A stretch of DNA of 64,000 nucleotides from a virus. The translations under genes were made by a program, and so were the position numbers. The stretch is taken from the IMG/VR virus record IMGVR_UViG_3300017917_004642, positions 19,577 through 83,576 of that record, one strand, 5' to 3'. This document shows positions 17,512 to 27,295 of the stretch, one piece after another (position 1 is the stretch's first letter; every line of letters begins with the position of its first letter). Below the pieces are notes generated by a model. The model saw only the letters and a program-made list of their open reading frames with translations, ran no database searches and was not told the origin of the DNA.

Positions 17512-19014
17512 ATGGCAGCAGAGGATATTGTCATACAAAACATTGCCAGAACCAGCATCCAAATAGATGAACTCGTAGTTCCAAATAGAACTGGAGGTCC
17601 AAACGCTGGTTTAGATGACGCACTTATGGACGCCGATGATAAATCATTCGGTGGTTATAGACCTGTAGTTTTCATCAACGGGTATTATGTTGAAAAATAC
17701 CTTGAATTCTTTGAACTTGACATGACTGGATTTTTGCCTGTTATAAGATTTAAATTCACAATGGGAAATCCACTTTTTATAAGTGTTAACTATCCAACTG
17801 ATGGTGACATAGTGTCTGTGTATTTTAGATCCTGGGTAAGCGTTTATAGACCATTAAGAATGGATTTTAATGTTCTAAGCGTGAGATCTTCTCCATCCGA
17901 GAACTCTGAGGGGACAGGTCTTACTTTCACCATATTAGGCGAGACTAGAATTCCTGGTTTATATAATGAGGTTTCGAAAGCATTTAGAACAAGAACATCG
18001 TACGATACACTCTTTGACATCTCTCAGGATTTAGATCTTGGGTTTTCGACAAACGAAGCCGAGGTTGTTGATACTATGACCTGGATCTGTCCAAATTTAT
18101 CCTATTATGATTTCATCAAGGAGGTTGTGAGCAGATCTTATAAAGATGATAGAAGCTTCTTCACATCCTTTATCGACGGGTACTACAATCTAAATTTCGT
18201 AAATCTGAACAATCAGCTAAGTACTAATGATGTAGCACAGACATGCAAAGTAATTAGAGGCTTAAGAACAGGAACTGCTGATGATACTGCATTTGCTAAA
18301 ACCGAATTAAGCGAAGTAGAAGTTGGCTTGCTACTGACCAATGAAAAAGGAGCGGCAGATTTACCATTCTATATTTCTGGTTATACGTTGCTTTCAAAAG
18401 CTGGAAACGTGACAAATCACAGAGGCTATGTCCAAGAAGTACAATTTTGGGATGAAGGATTGGTAACAGACAATCCACTTGAAAGATACATTTCTTATTC
18501 CGTTGAATCCATAACAACCGAGAACGTTGGTGAAAATATGATTCTCCAAAAAGGAAGAGCAAAGGAAAATGAATATCTAAAAGAGTACAGAAAAAACTGG
18601 TATGGTGTACTAAATAATTACGCCGATGGTGGAGTGCACGAAAATTTTATTCAAGCCCTAATTCAAAACGAATTCAACAACGACGATCTTCACAAGTTTA
18701 CTCTCCAAGTTGAGACTAATTCCTATTTTGGTGGATTCTACAGAGGTCAAGTTATTCCTGTTGCAATATACGTGAATGAACAGGGAATAAGAAAGCAAAA
18801 CGCTGGAGCAAACAACAACCAAAATCCAGAGCAAAGTATTAATCCTGTATTGGATCGTTTTCTTTCTGGAATCTATGTAATTACCGGAATGCAGGTAAAC
18901 TACGACAGGTATAAAGGAATCTATATGGTATTAAATCTCAATAAAAGAGAATGGACACTTAACAGTGCTGGTCAATTCCCGAAAGCATTCCCTCTAAATC
19001 TTGTAACCGGATAA
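17512..19014 (+). CDS. Baseplate hub protein (gp27-like)
   Basis: Position between gp53-like and spike genes; DG.IVSVYFRS, FIDGYYNLNFVNLN and RGQVIPV...LSGIYVITGMQ hub-type segments. Confidence 0.6.
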   Translation: MAAEDIVIQNIARTSIQIDELVVPNRTGGPNAGLDDALMDADDKSFGGYRPVVFINGYYVEKYLEFFELDMTGFLPVIRFKFTMGNPLFISVNYPTDGDIVSVYFRSWVSVYRPLRMDFNVLSVRSSPSENSEGTGLTFTILGETRIPGLYNEVSKAFRTRTSYDTLFDISQDLDLGFSTNEAEVVDTMTWICPNLSYYDFIKEVVSRSYKDDRSFFTSFIDGYYNLNFVNLNNQLSTNDVAQTCKVIRGLRTGTADDTAFAKTELSEVEVGLLLTNEKGAADLPFYISGYTLLSKAGNVTNHRGYVQEVQFWDEGLVTDNPLERYISYSVESITTENVGENMILQKGRAKENEYLKEYRKNWYGVLNNYADGGVHENFIQALIQNEFNNDDLHKFTLQVETNSYFGGFYRGQVIPVAIYVNEQGIRKQNAGANNNQNPEQSINPVLDRFLSGIYVITGMQVNYDRYKGIYMVLNLNKREWTLNSAGQFPKAFPLNLVTG

Positions 19015-19017
19015 ATA
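19010..19017 (+). promoter_or_regulatory. Putative late promoter variant GATAAATA
   Basis: One mismatch to T4 TATAAATA, 20 nt upstream of ATG 19038. Confidence 0.5.
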
Positions 19018-19037
19018 ATAAAAAGAAAAACACTTAG

Positions 19038-21356
19038 ATGGGAATTCAGGCAACAGATAAAAATCGTACTCTCTTTCTCAAGGGGTTTAAACTTTCAGAC
19101 CAGGGTAAGAACGAAGATCCAACATATCTTGGATTTAAATTCGTTTTTGACTTTGGTGCTTTGCCCGTTGATCCTGAATTTGGCTGGGCACCTAGTCCAT
19201 TGTTAAGAGTGAATAATTACACTCCCGGAAACGGTGCAGGAATTGCATCTGGACTGCAGAATCCGTTTGGCCAGCCTGCTTATAATTTAGGTGGGCCTAT
19301 TTATTATTCTGCATACAATTACCTTCTACAAAGAGAAGGTGCTTTTGCTGGTACATCCAACCAAATTAAAAGAGCACAAGCACTTAGACAATTTCAGGTT
19401 TTATTGAATGACATTAACACAAATTCACCTTGGTTTTTCCAATCTGTTGAAGGTCTTAATGAATTGGAAAAAGTTAAAATATCTGGGTTTCAAACAGAAG
19501 GCGAGGTGGACGATTTCAATCCTCAGAGAACGTCAGGAAAGGTTCTAACGATAAACTGTTTGGAATCTATAAATTTAAGGATTTCCGCTTTAGCTAACCT
19601 TTACAATCAGGCAGTTTTCGATGCAGATAATATGAGATGGCTGGTTCCCAGGAACATGCGAAAATTTACTATGTGGATTTTCGTCACCGAGATTAGAAAT
19701 TTCTATAAAACTTCAAGACTTACCGGTTCTTCTACAGTCCTAGCTGCATTAGATAATCTTTCGTCTACACTAACAACGAACCGAAATCCGGGTTCGAATA
19801 TCCAGGTAAATGACACTGGCCAATATTCTGTTGATGGTTATAATCTTTCAGATCCTGTTGAAAATATGTCAGGAAATCCTGGTAACTCTTTTTCAAGCTT
19901 TGTTTCTAATGCGTTCAGTCAGTCTGGTGTTCAAAGTGACGCTCAAGCTTTTAGAAACCAATCGGATCAGAGTGGAATTAAGCCTGTCTTGATTTACGAA
20001 TGCCAGCAGTGCGAATTTGATTTCAGCGAAAGCACACCTTTGAAATCCTCTGTCGATATGGGTTCAAGCACTGCTGATCCAGAAAACCAAAGCTTTAAGA
20101 TTCACGTCGGAAAGGTTAGGATGAAAAATCAATACCCGAACATTAGGGTCGATAAGAAGCCATTAATTCTAGCAGATGGAACTTATCAGGATAGAACTTC
20201 TGTTTATGTCTATGACGATTCGTTAAGTATCGAGAGGTTGGCATCATTGGGAAATGAGCTTATTTCCAATTTTACCACAGCAGCTATTAACGACCTAGTA
20301 AATGAAGGAGTCAATCAATTTGTTAATCCTCTACTAAGCGGTGTAAACCAATCCCTTCTTGGCAACATATATTCATTCAACCCATCACAGCTTGGAAGGC
20401 TTACAAATCAGAATGGAAATTTTGCTTTTAATAATGCGCAGAATTTTTTAAATGGTGCTGCAGAAACTGGGATAGATAACATTTTCAAAGGCAACCTACC
20501 AAACCCACAAACTATGGGACTTGGAGGTCCGCAAGAAAGAGCATATCCACCAATAAATCCTCCACAGGACGTTTACCCAAATGTACCTGGGACAGATCAG
20601 GGTGTTCCAGATAGAGTATACCCAGCCCCAGTAGGAGACGCTTATCCAAATGTACCCGGACCTGATCTTGGAGTACCTGATAGAGTTTATCCTCCTTCTC
20701 AGGGAGATGCTTATCCAGATGTTCCTGGGTTTGATCTTGGAGTACCTGATAGAGTATATCCTGCACCCGGCGGTGATGTTTACGATAGAGTACCTGGACC
20801 TGATCTTGGAGTACCTGATAGAGTTTACGTAGCTCCGGGTGGAGATGCTTATCCAGATGTACCCGGTTCTGATCTGGGAGTACCAGATAGAGCATACCCA
20901 GCACCCGGCGGGGATGCGTATCCAAATGTACCTGGACCTGATCTTGGAGTACCAGATAGAAATTACACTACACCACCTTTGGGTGATGCATACGGGACTG
21001 TCCCTGGATCGGATCTAGGTGTTCCTGCCAGAAAATATCCACAGTTTAATGAGGATGTATACACAAACACTTTTACACCAGATTCTTTAAATCCTGAAGT
21101 TGTCTATCCTCCTTCAGAGTTATTGAACATAGGTGGTGAATTAAGATCCCCTGAAAATTCATTCTCTTCCCCTCCTAGTGCGGTATATCAGTCAGAAGCA
21201 TTCGCGTATCAAAGGGGTGATATAGGAAAAGTGTACCCACCGACACTTGGTGATTTTATAATAGAACCTCCATTAAATCTTGGTAATTCTAAGCCATCTA
21301 ATAAATTCAACCCAAGTCTTGGTACATTCAACCCAGACACTTCTGAAGAACAATAA
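19038..21356 (+). CDS. Tail/baseplate structural protein with C-terminal 23-aa Pro/Gly repeats
   Basis: 772 aa; N-terminal EDPTYLGF...PWFFQSVEGL...CLESINLRI tube-like domain; repeat array near the C-terminus. Confidence 0.55.
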   Translation: MGIQATDKNRTLFLKGFKLSDQGKNEDPTYLGFKFVFDFGALPVDPEFGWAPSPLLRVNNYTPGNGAGIASGLQNPFGQPAYNLGGPIYYSAYNYLLQREGAFAGTSNQIKRAQALRQFQVLLNDINTNSPWFFQSVEGLNELEKVKISGFQTEGEVDDFNPQRTSGKVLTINCLESINLRISALANLYNQAVFDADNMRWLVPRNMRKFTMWIFVTEIRNFYKTSRLTGSSTVLAALDNLSSTLTTNRNPGSNIQVNDTGQYSVDGYNLSDPVENMSGNPGNSFSSFVSNAFSQSGVQSDAQAFRNQSDQSGIKPVLIYECQQCEFDFSESTPLKSSVDMGSSTADPENQSFKIHVGKVRMKNQYPNIRVDKKPLILADGTYQDRTSVYVYDDSLSIERLASLGNELISNFTTAAINDLVNEGVNQFVNPLLSGVNQSLLGNIYSFNPSQLGRLTNQNGNFAFNNAQNFLNGAAETGIDNIFKGNLPNPQTMGLGGPQERAYPPINPPQDVYPNVPGTDQGVPDRVYPAPVGDAYPNVPGPDLGVPDRVYPPSQGDAYPDVPGFDLGVPDRVYPAPGGDVYDRVPGPDLGVPDRVYVAPGGDAYPDVPGSDLGVPDRAYPAPGGDAYPNVPGPDLGVPDRNYTTPPLGDAYGTVPGSDLGVPARKYPQFNEDVYTNTFTPDSLNPEVVYPPSELLNIGGELRSPENSFSSPPSAVYQSEAFAYQRGDIGKVYPPTLGDFIIEPPLNLGNSKPSNKFNPSLGTFNPDTSEEQ
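20568..21053 (+). repeat. Seven tandem coding repeats of 69 nt (one unit 72 nt), DAYPxVPGxDLGVPDRxYPAPGG
   Basis: 486 nt = 6x23 + 24 codons, read directly. Confidence 0.95.
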
Positions 21357-21358
21357 CT

Positions 21359-22027
21359 ATGTCATCACCACGATTATACCTTGGAGAAATTGTTGATATT
21401 AACGACCCTAGAAAAGAAGGCAGGGCTCGTGTAAAAGTATTTGGCCTTTTTGATAACATCGAAGTTCAAGATACCCCTTGGGCAGATCAGATTAGCGGTC
21501 TGTCTTTTGGTAAAAATGGAAGTGGTGGAATAACAATACCTAGACTAGGGGCTGTTGTTGCAGTTGAATTTGACGGGCAGAATTACTACAAGATGTCGTA
21601 CCATTACGAAAAGGAAAGTGCTCCCGATCTTCTTGCAGAGATTGCAGATTCGTATGAAGGAGCACAATCTATTTGGTATGATGGTGATGCTCTACCCGGA
21701 CCACTTAAACTGTTTTACACCAGAAAAAAGGGAGCGGTATTCTCTTTAGGCGACGCAAAAATACAGCTTGATACACAAGACGGCGGACAACTAAGAGTTG
21801 TAATTGAAATGGGCCAGGATCAGATTAGAATGGAAAATAACAAGGTTATAATCAATTCTAATAACATTGAGCTTGGTGAGAATGCAATTCAATCTGTAAT
21901 CAAAGGAAATCTCTTCCAAACATACTTTAATAGTCATACACACATTGGGAATCTTGGAGCTCCAACAAGTCCACCAGTAATACCATCGGATCCTTCGCAT
22001 TTGTCTAATGTTTCTAAAACTCTTTAA
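21359..22027 (+). CDS. Baseplate central spike (gp5/gpV-like OB-fold, beta-helix, HxH tip)
   Basis: YLGEIVDINDPRKEGRARVKVFG...PWA...IPRLGAVVAVEF OB-fold; C-terminal NSHTH iron-binding motif as in P2 gpV. Confidence 0.85.
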   Translation: MSSPRLYLGEIVDINDPRKEGRARVKVFGLFDNIEVQDTPWADQISGLSFGKNGSGGITIPRLGAVVAVEFDGQNYYKMSYHYEKESAPDLLAEIADSYEGAQSIWYDGDALPGPLKLFYTRKKGAVFSLGDAKIQLDTQDGGQLRVVIEMGQDQIRMENNKVIINSNNIELGENAIQSVIKGNLFQTYFNSHTHIGNLGAPTSPPVIPSDPSHLSNVSKTL

Positions 22028-22030
22028 TCC

Positions 22031-24694
22031 ATGGCAATTCTTCCTGATAAAATTTTATCTGATTCTGAGATAAATTCTTTCATTGAGAGGGTAAACGCAA
22101 CTGCTGATGAGATAGTCGGTGACAGCAAATTTCAGATTACCAATTCAAGCTTGCCTGGACTAGGTCTTCTGGTCAAACTACAGATCCGTGCTTTTGAAAA
22201 GTCTATTGCTTCATCTTTTGCACCAATTTTTATTGGCGCTAAGATTATTAATGATGCTAAAGAAAGTCCGGCCAGATTTTTTTCGATCGTTAACGAAGGA
22301 ATAGATTCAGTCAACACACTGTTTAAGAACCCGATCCAATTCATTCTGGATGAAGGGATAAACAATTCGCTAAAAGAATTCCCATTCCCGATAGCTATTC
22401 TCTTCAACGGACAAACTAAAGATACCAATAGACTAAAACAGCTAATTGATTCTTCACAGCCAAGTCAAGGATCATCTCAACTGCAGGAATATAATTACAA
22501 TCTTGTATTAAATAATGCTTTGCCACCTGGTCCAGGTGAAGCTGTCTCTACAGCTACTACAGTAAACTCAATTAAAAGCATCTCAGTTAACTACCAAACA
22601 AAAACAACCGGAGAAAAAGCACCAGTACAGTTTCTTGCAGAAGGTGACACTTTTTCTGTCTCTGACGGTCTTATTACAGCAACATACAGTGTATCTTCAG
22701 TTAAACCAGACAACGAATTTGCTGTAGTGTTTCTTCAACTCGTAGCATCGGATTCGCCGAGTGCGGGAGACAATAAAACAGTAGCAATCCCTGGTTTTAG
22801 ACAATCTGGAATTTCCCTGTCGAAGAACGTCTCGTTAAGAGAATTTCTTTTACCTGACGGTAGACTCATTATACCTTTTAGTGTTCTTGGTATCGATTTA
22901 CCACTACTTTCAAACGTTGGTTTTGAAATTGGAAATTTTTCAAACCTAAAAGAAGGTAGCCCAACCAAAGATTTTGTCGTCCAGCTAGAAGCAAGAAGCG
23001 GTTTAAAGTTCAACCAGGTTTTTTCTTCTATGATAGATGGGATTTTCCCTCAGATCGATTGGGTTTCTTTAACTAATGAAAAATCCGGTTTAGACAGCAA
23101 GGCAAAAGAAACCTCTAAGGAGGAGCTAGTTTCGTTGGCTAGACTTTTACAGATTGGGACTGACAATCCGTTTTTTCTTATTAAAGTCTTACTCAATTAC
23201 ATTAAGCTTTTACTACTTCCTTTACAACTAGTGCTTGGAGTTTTCCAGTCTTTTGCTAGCCTGATTACAAGCCCAGCAAAATTAATCCAGACGGTTTTTC
23301 TGTTTATCACAGATCCTCTAAAAGCATTGTGCAATTTAATTTCTGAATCTTTTTTAACCTTTCTCCGTCCTTATCTTGAGCCGGTTGTATCTGCGGTGAT
23401 GCCTTACAGTGAAGCACTACAAGATCCGGATGATAAAAGCAGGGGTCTAAAACCTTTATTCTCTGATCTGGTCTGCGGTAAATTCTCTGGTAAATTAAAA
23501 AACTATGTTCCCAATGCCAATTTCTTTGCAACACAAAGAAATAGTTCGGAACCATCTACAACAAATCTAAATCCGCCTGTCCAACTGCCATTTACTCTCA
23601 GCGAGAATAAACAAATACCAGAACCCGGCGAAATAGTCACAAATTCTAAAAATCCATCCTCTGTAACTAATTTGAGAATCAGCACGGTTACTAATACTGT
23701 TGAAGATGGAATAGCTTACCTAGCATCTATTCAAACAGGCTCTGTTATTAGCTTATCTGTTTCTAACAAATATCAAACTTATCTAGTTACATCAAAAACT
23801 TTGCAGCAAAATAACGGACAAAGCTATTTCGAGTATCTAGTTCAACCCACTACACAATCCATAAGAAGAGGACAAAGTGGTGCACAAACACAATCTTTCT
23901 CTGATGGACTATTAGCTTCTTTAAGTGTAGATAATCCAAATAAAGCATTCCTATTCATTGTCGAGAACTACCTTCCAATAAAATTGATAGGAAGCTGGGA
24001 ATCTATTAAAGGAATACTAGCAATTACTATCTCTTTAGCAGCAGAGATTCCTTCTTTAGTTCCGGCAATTTTCAGAAGCATTTTTGCAATAGATCAGCAA
24101 ACTAATCCAACCTCTCCTGCAAACGAATCAGCAACAGACTTGCTTCTTTTGCTTGCTAACGGTGAAGACTCTTTACTTCGGGGATTGGTTGGGAATAACA
24201 GCGAACAGTATGACGAAATTGTAAGATCTATTATCGGTAACACAAATGATGTGTCAAGCTCTGGAATAGAAACCATATTTTCTAACCTATCTGATTTTCG
24301 CCAACCACAATCTCAAAGCACGATAATCTATAGAAACGACGTGAGCTCAGACGTCAGATCCGATTTTAGGTATAATGAAATTAGTCTATCTGAATTGGGT
24401 CAGAATATAAAGGGATTACTTCAGATCTATTATTCGATTAGAGATGAGAAAAATGCTGGAGGTTTAAACTACGTTAATAAAGATCGACCCGTTGGTAAGA
24501 TATATGGTGTAAAATCCGGTACTGTTGAAATCCTTTATGATGGCGGAATTTACGATGCTTTCGAAAAATTCAAACTCACGAATTCTAATCCAACTACTCT
24601 TCTTAAAACCGTTCAGGTTAAATCGCTGAGAGAAACCATCGTTAACAATCTAAATTATGCTGCAATTTATCTAGTTCCAGCTCTAGAAAATTAG
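22031..24694 (+). CDS. Large structural protein with amphipathic helices and a duplicated beta module
   Basis: 887 aa; hydrophobic helices (FFLIKVLLNYIKLLLLPLQLVLGVF); two P.PGE...I.V...G..F/I.(V/L)S modules; ends in TAG. Confidence 0.5.
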   Translation: MAILPDKILSDSEINSFIERVNATADEIVGDSKFQITNSSLPGLGLLVKLQIRAFEKSIASSFAPIFIGAKIINDAKESPARFFSIVNEGIDSVNTLFKNPIQFILDEGINNSLKEFPFPIAILFNGQTKDTNRLKQLIDSSQPSQGSSQLQEYNYNLVLNNALPPGPGEAVSTATTVNSIKSISVNYQTKTTGEKAPVQFLAEGDTFSVSDGLITATYSVSSVKPDNEFAVVFLQLVASDSPSAGDNKTVAIPGFRQSGISLSKNVSLREFLLPDGRLIIPFSVLGIDLPLLSNVGFEIGNFSNLKEGSPTKDFVVQLEARSGLKFNQVFSSMIDGIFPQIDWVSLTNEKSGLDSKAKETSKEELVSLARLLQIGTDNPFFLIKVLLNYIKLLLLPLQLVLGVFQSFASLITSPAKLIQTVFLFITDPLKALCNLISESFLTFLRPYLEPVVSAVMPYSEALQDPDDKSRGLKPLFSDLVCGKFSGKLKNYVPNANFFATQRNSSEPSTTNLNPPVQLPFTLSENKQIPEPGEIVTNSKNPSSVTNLRISTVTNTVEDGIAYLASIQTGSVISLSVSNKYQTYLVTSKTLQQNNGQSYFEYLVQPTTQSIRRGQSGAQTQSFSDGLLASLSVDNPNKAFLFIVENYLPIKLIGSWESIKGILAITISLAAEIPSLVPAIFRSIFAIDQQTNPTSPANESATDLLLLLANGEDSLLRGLVGNNSEQYDEIVRSIIGNTNDVSSSGIETIFSNLSDFRQPQSQSTIIYRNDVSSDVRSDFRYNEISLSELGQNIKGLLQIYYSIRDEKNAGGLNYVNKDRPVGKIYGVKSGTVEILYDGGIYDAFEKFKLTNSNPTTLLKTVQVKSLRETIVNNLNYAAIYLVPALEN

Positions 24695-24697
24695 TTT

Positions 24698-24705
24698 GAT
24701 ATATA
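24698..24705 (+). promoter_or_regulatory. Putative late promoter GATATATA
   Basis: Recurrent octamer 31 nt upstream of ATG 24737. Confidence 0.6.
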
Positions 24706-24736
24706 GCAGGACTAACTTTCTTAAACAAAAATATTA

Positions 24737-25897
24737 ATGAACACCTTTCAAGAAGAAAACTCAATTAGCGGAGTATTTAACTGGGATATACCCAGTACGC
24801 TAACTGTGAACAAAAAAATTAAAACTAGCGATAAATCTAAAGTTTATTGTCACGATGACTATGCTGAAAATCTATATCAGCAAATCCTGGGCAATATCAA
24901 AGATGTACAGTCTTCTAAAGACCTAGTTCAAGGAGAGCTTTACAGTTGCAAGATTATCTCAATTAACGAACAATATGCATTGGCACAAACCGATGCTGGA
25001 CAAACTGTTTACATTGATCTTAAAAAAGAATACAAAGATGCAAATCGTTTGGGAATCACCGCAATGGATTTTGTTATTGGTGGTAAGATTGAGGCATTAG
25101 TTAGAAATTCTACAGGTACCTATTATGGTTCTGTAATTGAATGTTACATCCAGAATCTTAAATCTGAATTCTTTGAACAGATTAAAAAAGAATCTTCTGC
25201 ATACGAAGCTGTTGTTGAGTCGGTAAACAAGGGTGGATATATGGTGGACGTACAGGGAATCAAATGCTTCTTACCAGGATCACTTGCTGCCGCTAACAAG
25301 ATTACTGATTTTGATGCTTTCATCGGCAAAAAATTCTATGTTATGATTGACGGTTATGTACCTGCCAAAGACATTTTCGTTGTTTCTTATAAAAAGTACT
25401 TAACCAGGATCATGGACCAAAAGATCCAAGAGCTTGACCTAACTAAAAAATACAAAGGTCACGTAACTGGAACATCTAACTTTGGTGTATTTGTAGAATG
25501 GGAAGACATCTACACTGGCTTGATCCACAAGACTGAATTTGAAAATCAAGTTGTTTCTGGTTTCTATCCTGGTGACGAGATTGAATTCTACATCAAAGAA
25601 GTTAAAGAAGACAATAGATTGACCCTGACGTTCGGTCAGCCAGTCGAAAAAACCATGAGACTTTACGATCTGAAGAAACTAGCAGATGAGGGAAAGGGTC
25701 TGGAGGTTTATGCTTCTATTAAGCACAAGAGAAAAAATGGAGCTCTAGTTGAACTCATCGGTGAGAACCTGATGGCTTTAATTCCTCAGGAGAAACTAGA
25801 AAAGAGCAACAAAAACATTAAAACTGGCGATTCCCTGCTTGTTAAAATCTACCAGGTGGATCCAGTTTTAGGAAAAATATTTGCAAGACCAGTATAA
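24737..25897 (+). CDS. Ribosomal protein bS1-like multi-S1-domain RNA-binding protein
   Basis: About four S1 repeats: VESVNKGGYMVDVQGIKCFLPGS (bS1 domain-2-like), GHVTGTSNFGVFVE...GLIHKTE...GDEIEFYI, NGALVEL...ALIP...KTGDSLLVKI. Confidence 0.82.
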   Translation: MNTFQEENSISGVFNWDIPSTLTVNKKIKTSDKSKVYCHDDYAENLYQQILGNIKDVQSSKDLVQGELYSCKIISINEQYALAQTDAGQTVYIDLKKEYKDANRLGITAMDFVIGGKIEALVRNSTGTYYGSVIECYIQNLKSEFFEQIKKESSAYEAVVESVNKGGYMVDVQGIKCFLPGSLAAANKITDFDAFIGKKFYVMIDGYVPAKDIFVVSYKKYLTRIMDQKIQELDLTKKYKGHVTGTSNFGVFVEWEDIYTGLIHKTEFENQVVSGFYPGDEIEFYIKEVKEDNRLTLTFGQPVEKTMRLYDLKKLADEGKGLEVYASIKHKRKNGALVELIGENLMALIPQEKLEKSNKNIKTGDSLLVKIYQVDPVLGKIFARPV

Positions 25898-27294
25898 TGT
25901 CCAACCAGTCACATTTCGACAAAGCTCATGCACTCGCTTCCTCTGTTATAGGATTTGAGTTTGAATTCTTCTCTGATATGGTCAGAGGCAGAATTATTGA
26001 GTCTTTGTCGAAATTGCTGGGTAAGAAAATTGTACTTTCTTCTAAATATCATTCCAAAATTCCAGTAAGCGCTTCTACGTTTAAACTCGAACCTGATTAC
26101 TCAGGCGGAAGTAAAATGAATGAATTGATTACCGGCCCCATGCCTTATGCTGAGGCTATTCCTGTACTGATTAAAGTCCTTAATTGGATAGATGAAAATG
26201 GCTGGACCAATGACAAGTGTGCCTTCCAATTTTCAATAAGCTTCGATAACAGAGATCGAAAATTGGACAAGATGGAAAGACTTGATAGACTCAAGTTTAT
26301 TCTTGGTATTGATGAAAATGTAATCTATTCAAACTTCGGAAACCGAACTAACAACGTTTACGCTAAGTCAATAAAAAGAATAGTACCACAGAATAGATTT
26401 TCTATCTTAGAAAATGTAACTAGCATAGATCCGAAATTATTTAAATTGCCGGACGACAAATACTTTGGTGCTAATTTTACAAAACTCCCACAGGGCTATA
26501 TCGAAATAAGATATCTTGGAGGAAAAGACTATCAAAAGAAAGTTGGTGCAATTAGGGATGTTATTAATTACGTTGTACTATTTCTACATGATATACTTTC
26601 TGGCAAAAAGCCTTATGACAAAAATGATCTTGATCGTCTTAGAGAGATGATGAGAGAACACACTAAGGTTGTTAGAAGCTTCTCTGATCCAGATTCTTTC
26701 TTCATGAATTTCCCGGATTTTCACGTTCTTGTTGATTTGAAGGGTTATGAGGAGAACATTAAAACATATTGGTCTCACATCAGAGAAAAAATATTTGATC
26801 TTATCGTAGAAGGAGGTGTAAAATCTTGCTTCTTTAACTATGATACAGCTGTTGGCAGATTTCAGATTAAAGATGCAAAAAGCAAGGATGCAATCTTTAT
26901 CAAAGATGTTGACATACTAGATTCAAGAATAAAAAATGGAAAGATCTACAACTGCAGATTGTATGGCTGTGAGGTTAAAAATTCGGAAGTTTATGAATCA
27001 CAATTGATCAACGGAAACAAAGTCGTTGATTCTAAATTCCAATCATCTTCTGCAGATTATGGAAATGCTCTAGAAAATTGTTATATCGATTCACCTGGAA
27101 AGAAAATTGACTGTGACGTTAAAGGTGGAGTTATACGTAAGGCAGATCTTGGGCGAAATGCAGAGGTTAGCAAAGAAACTGAAAAGGTTAATGACTTTAA
27201 CGAGCTAAGACTAACAAGATTTATCACAGATTCAAGACTTAAGGATTTGAACGATCCTGCAAGAAAAATCAATTTCAAAAATTCTAATTACTAA
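25897..27294 (+). CDS. Putative amidoligase (COOH-NH2 ligase type 2-like) with C-terminal beta-helix
   Basis: IGFEFEF, PDYS, ELITGP, TNDKC, KYFGANF and YIEIRYLGG in the expected order; GxHxH replaced by AFQFS; TAATG coupling to the S1 gene. Confidence 0.62.
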   Translation: MSNQSHFDKAHALASSVIGFEFEFFSDMVRGRIIESLSKLLGKKIVLSSKYHSKIPVSASTFKLEPDYSGGSKMNELITGPMPYAEAIPVLIKVLNWIDENGWTNDKCAFQFSISFDNRDRKLDKMERLDRLKFILGIDENVIYSNFGNRTNNVYAKSIKRIVPQNRFSILENVTSIDPKLFKLPDDKYFGANFTKLPQGYIEIRYLGGKDYQKKVGAIRDVINYVVLFLHDILSGKKPYDKNDLDRLREMMREHTKVVRSFSDPDSFFMNFPDFHVLVDLKGYEENIKTYWSHIREKIFDLIVEGGVKSCFFNYDTAVGRFQIKDAKSKDAIFIKDVDILDSRIKNGKIYNCRLYGCEVKNSEVYESQLINGNKVVDSKFQSSSADYGNALENCYIDSPGKKIDCDVKGGVIRKADLGRNAEVSKETEKVNDFNELRLTRFITDSRLKDLNDPARKINFKNSNY

Positions 27295-27295
27295 G

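Noticed and set aside
20568-21053. CRISPR-like array
   Set aside because: The units are in-frame coding repeats with synonymous variation, no unique spacers and no cas genes.
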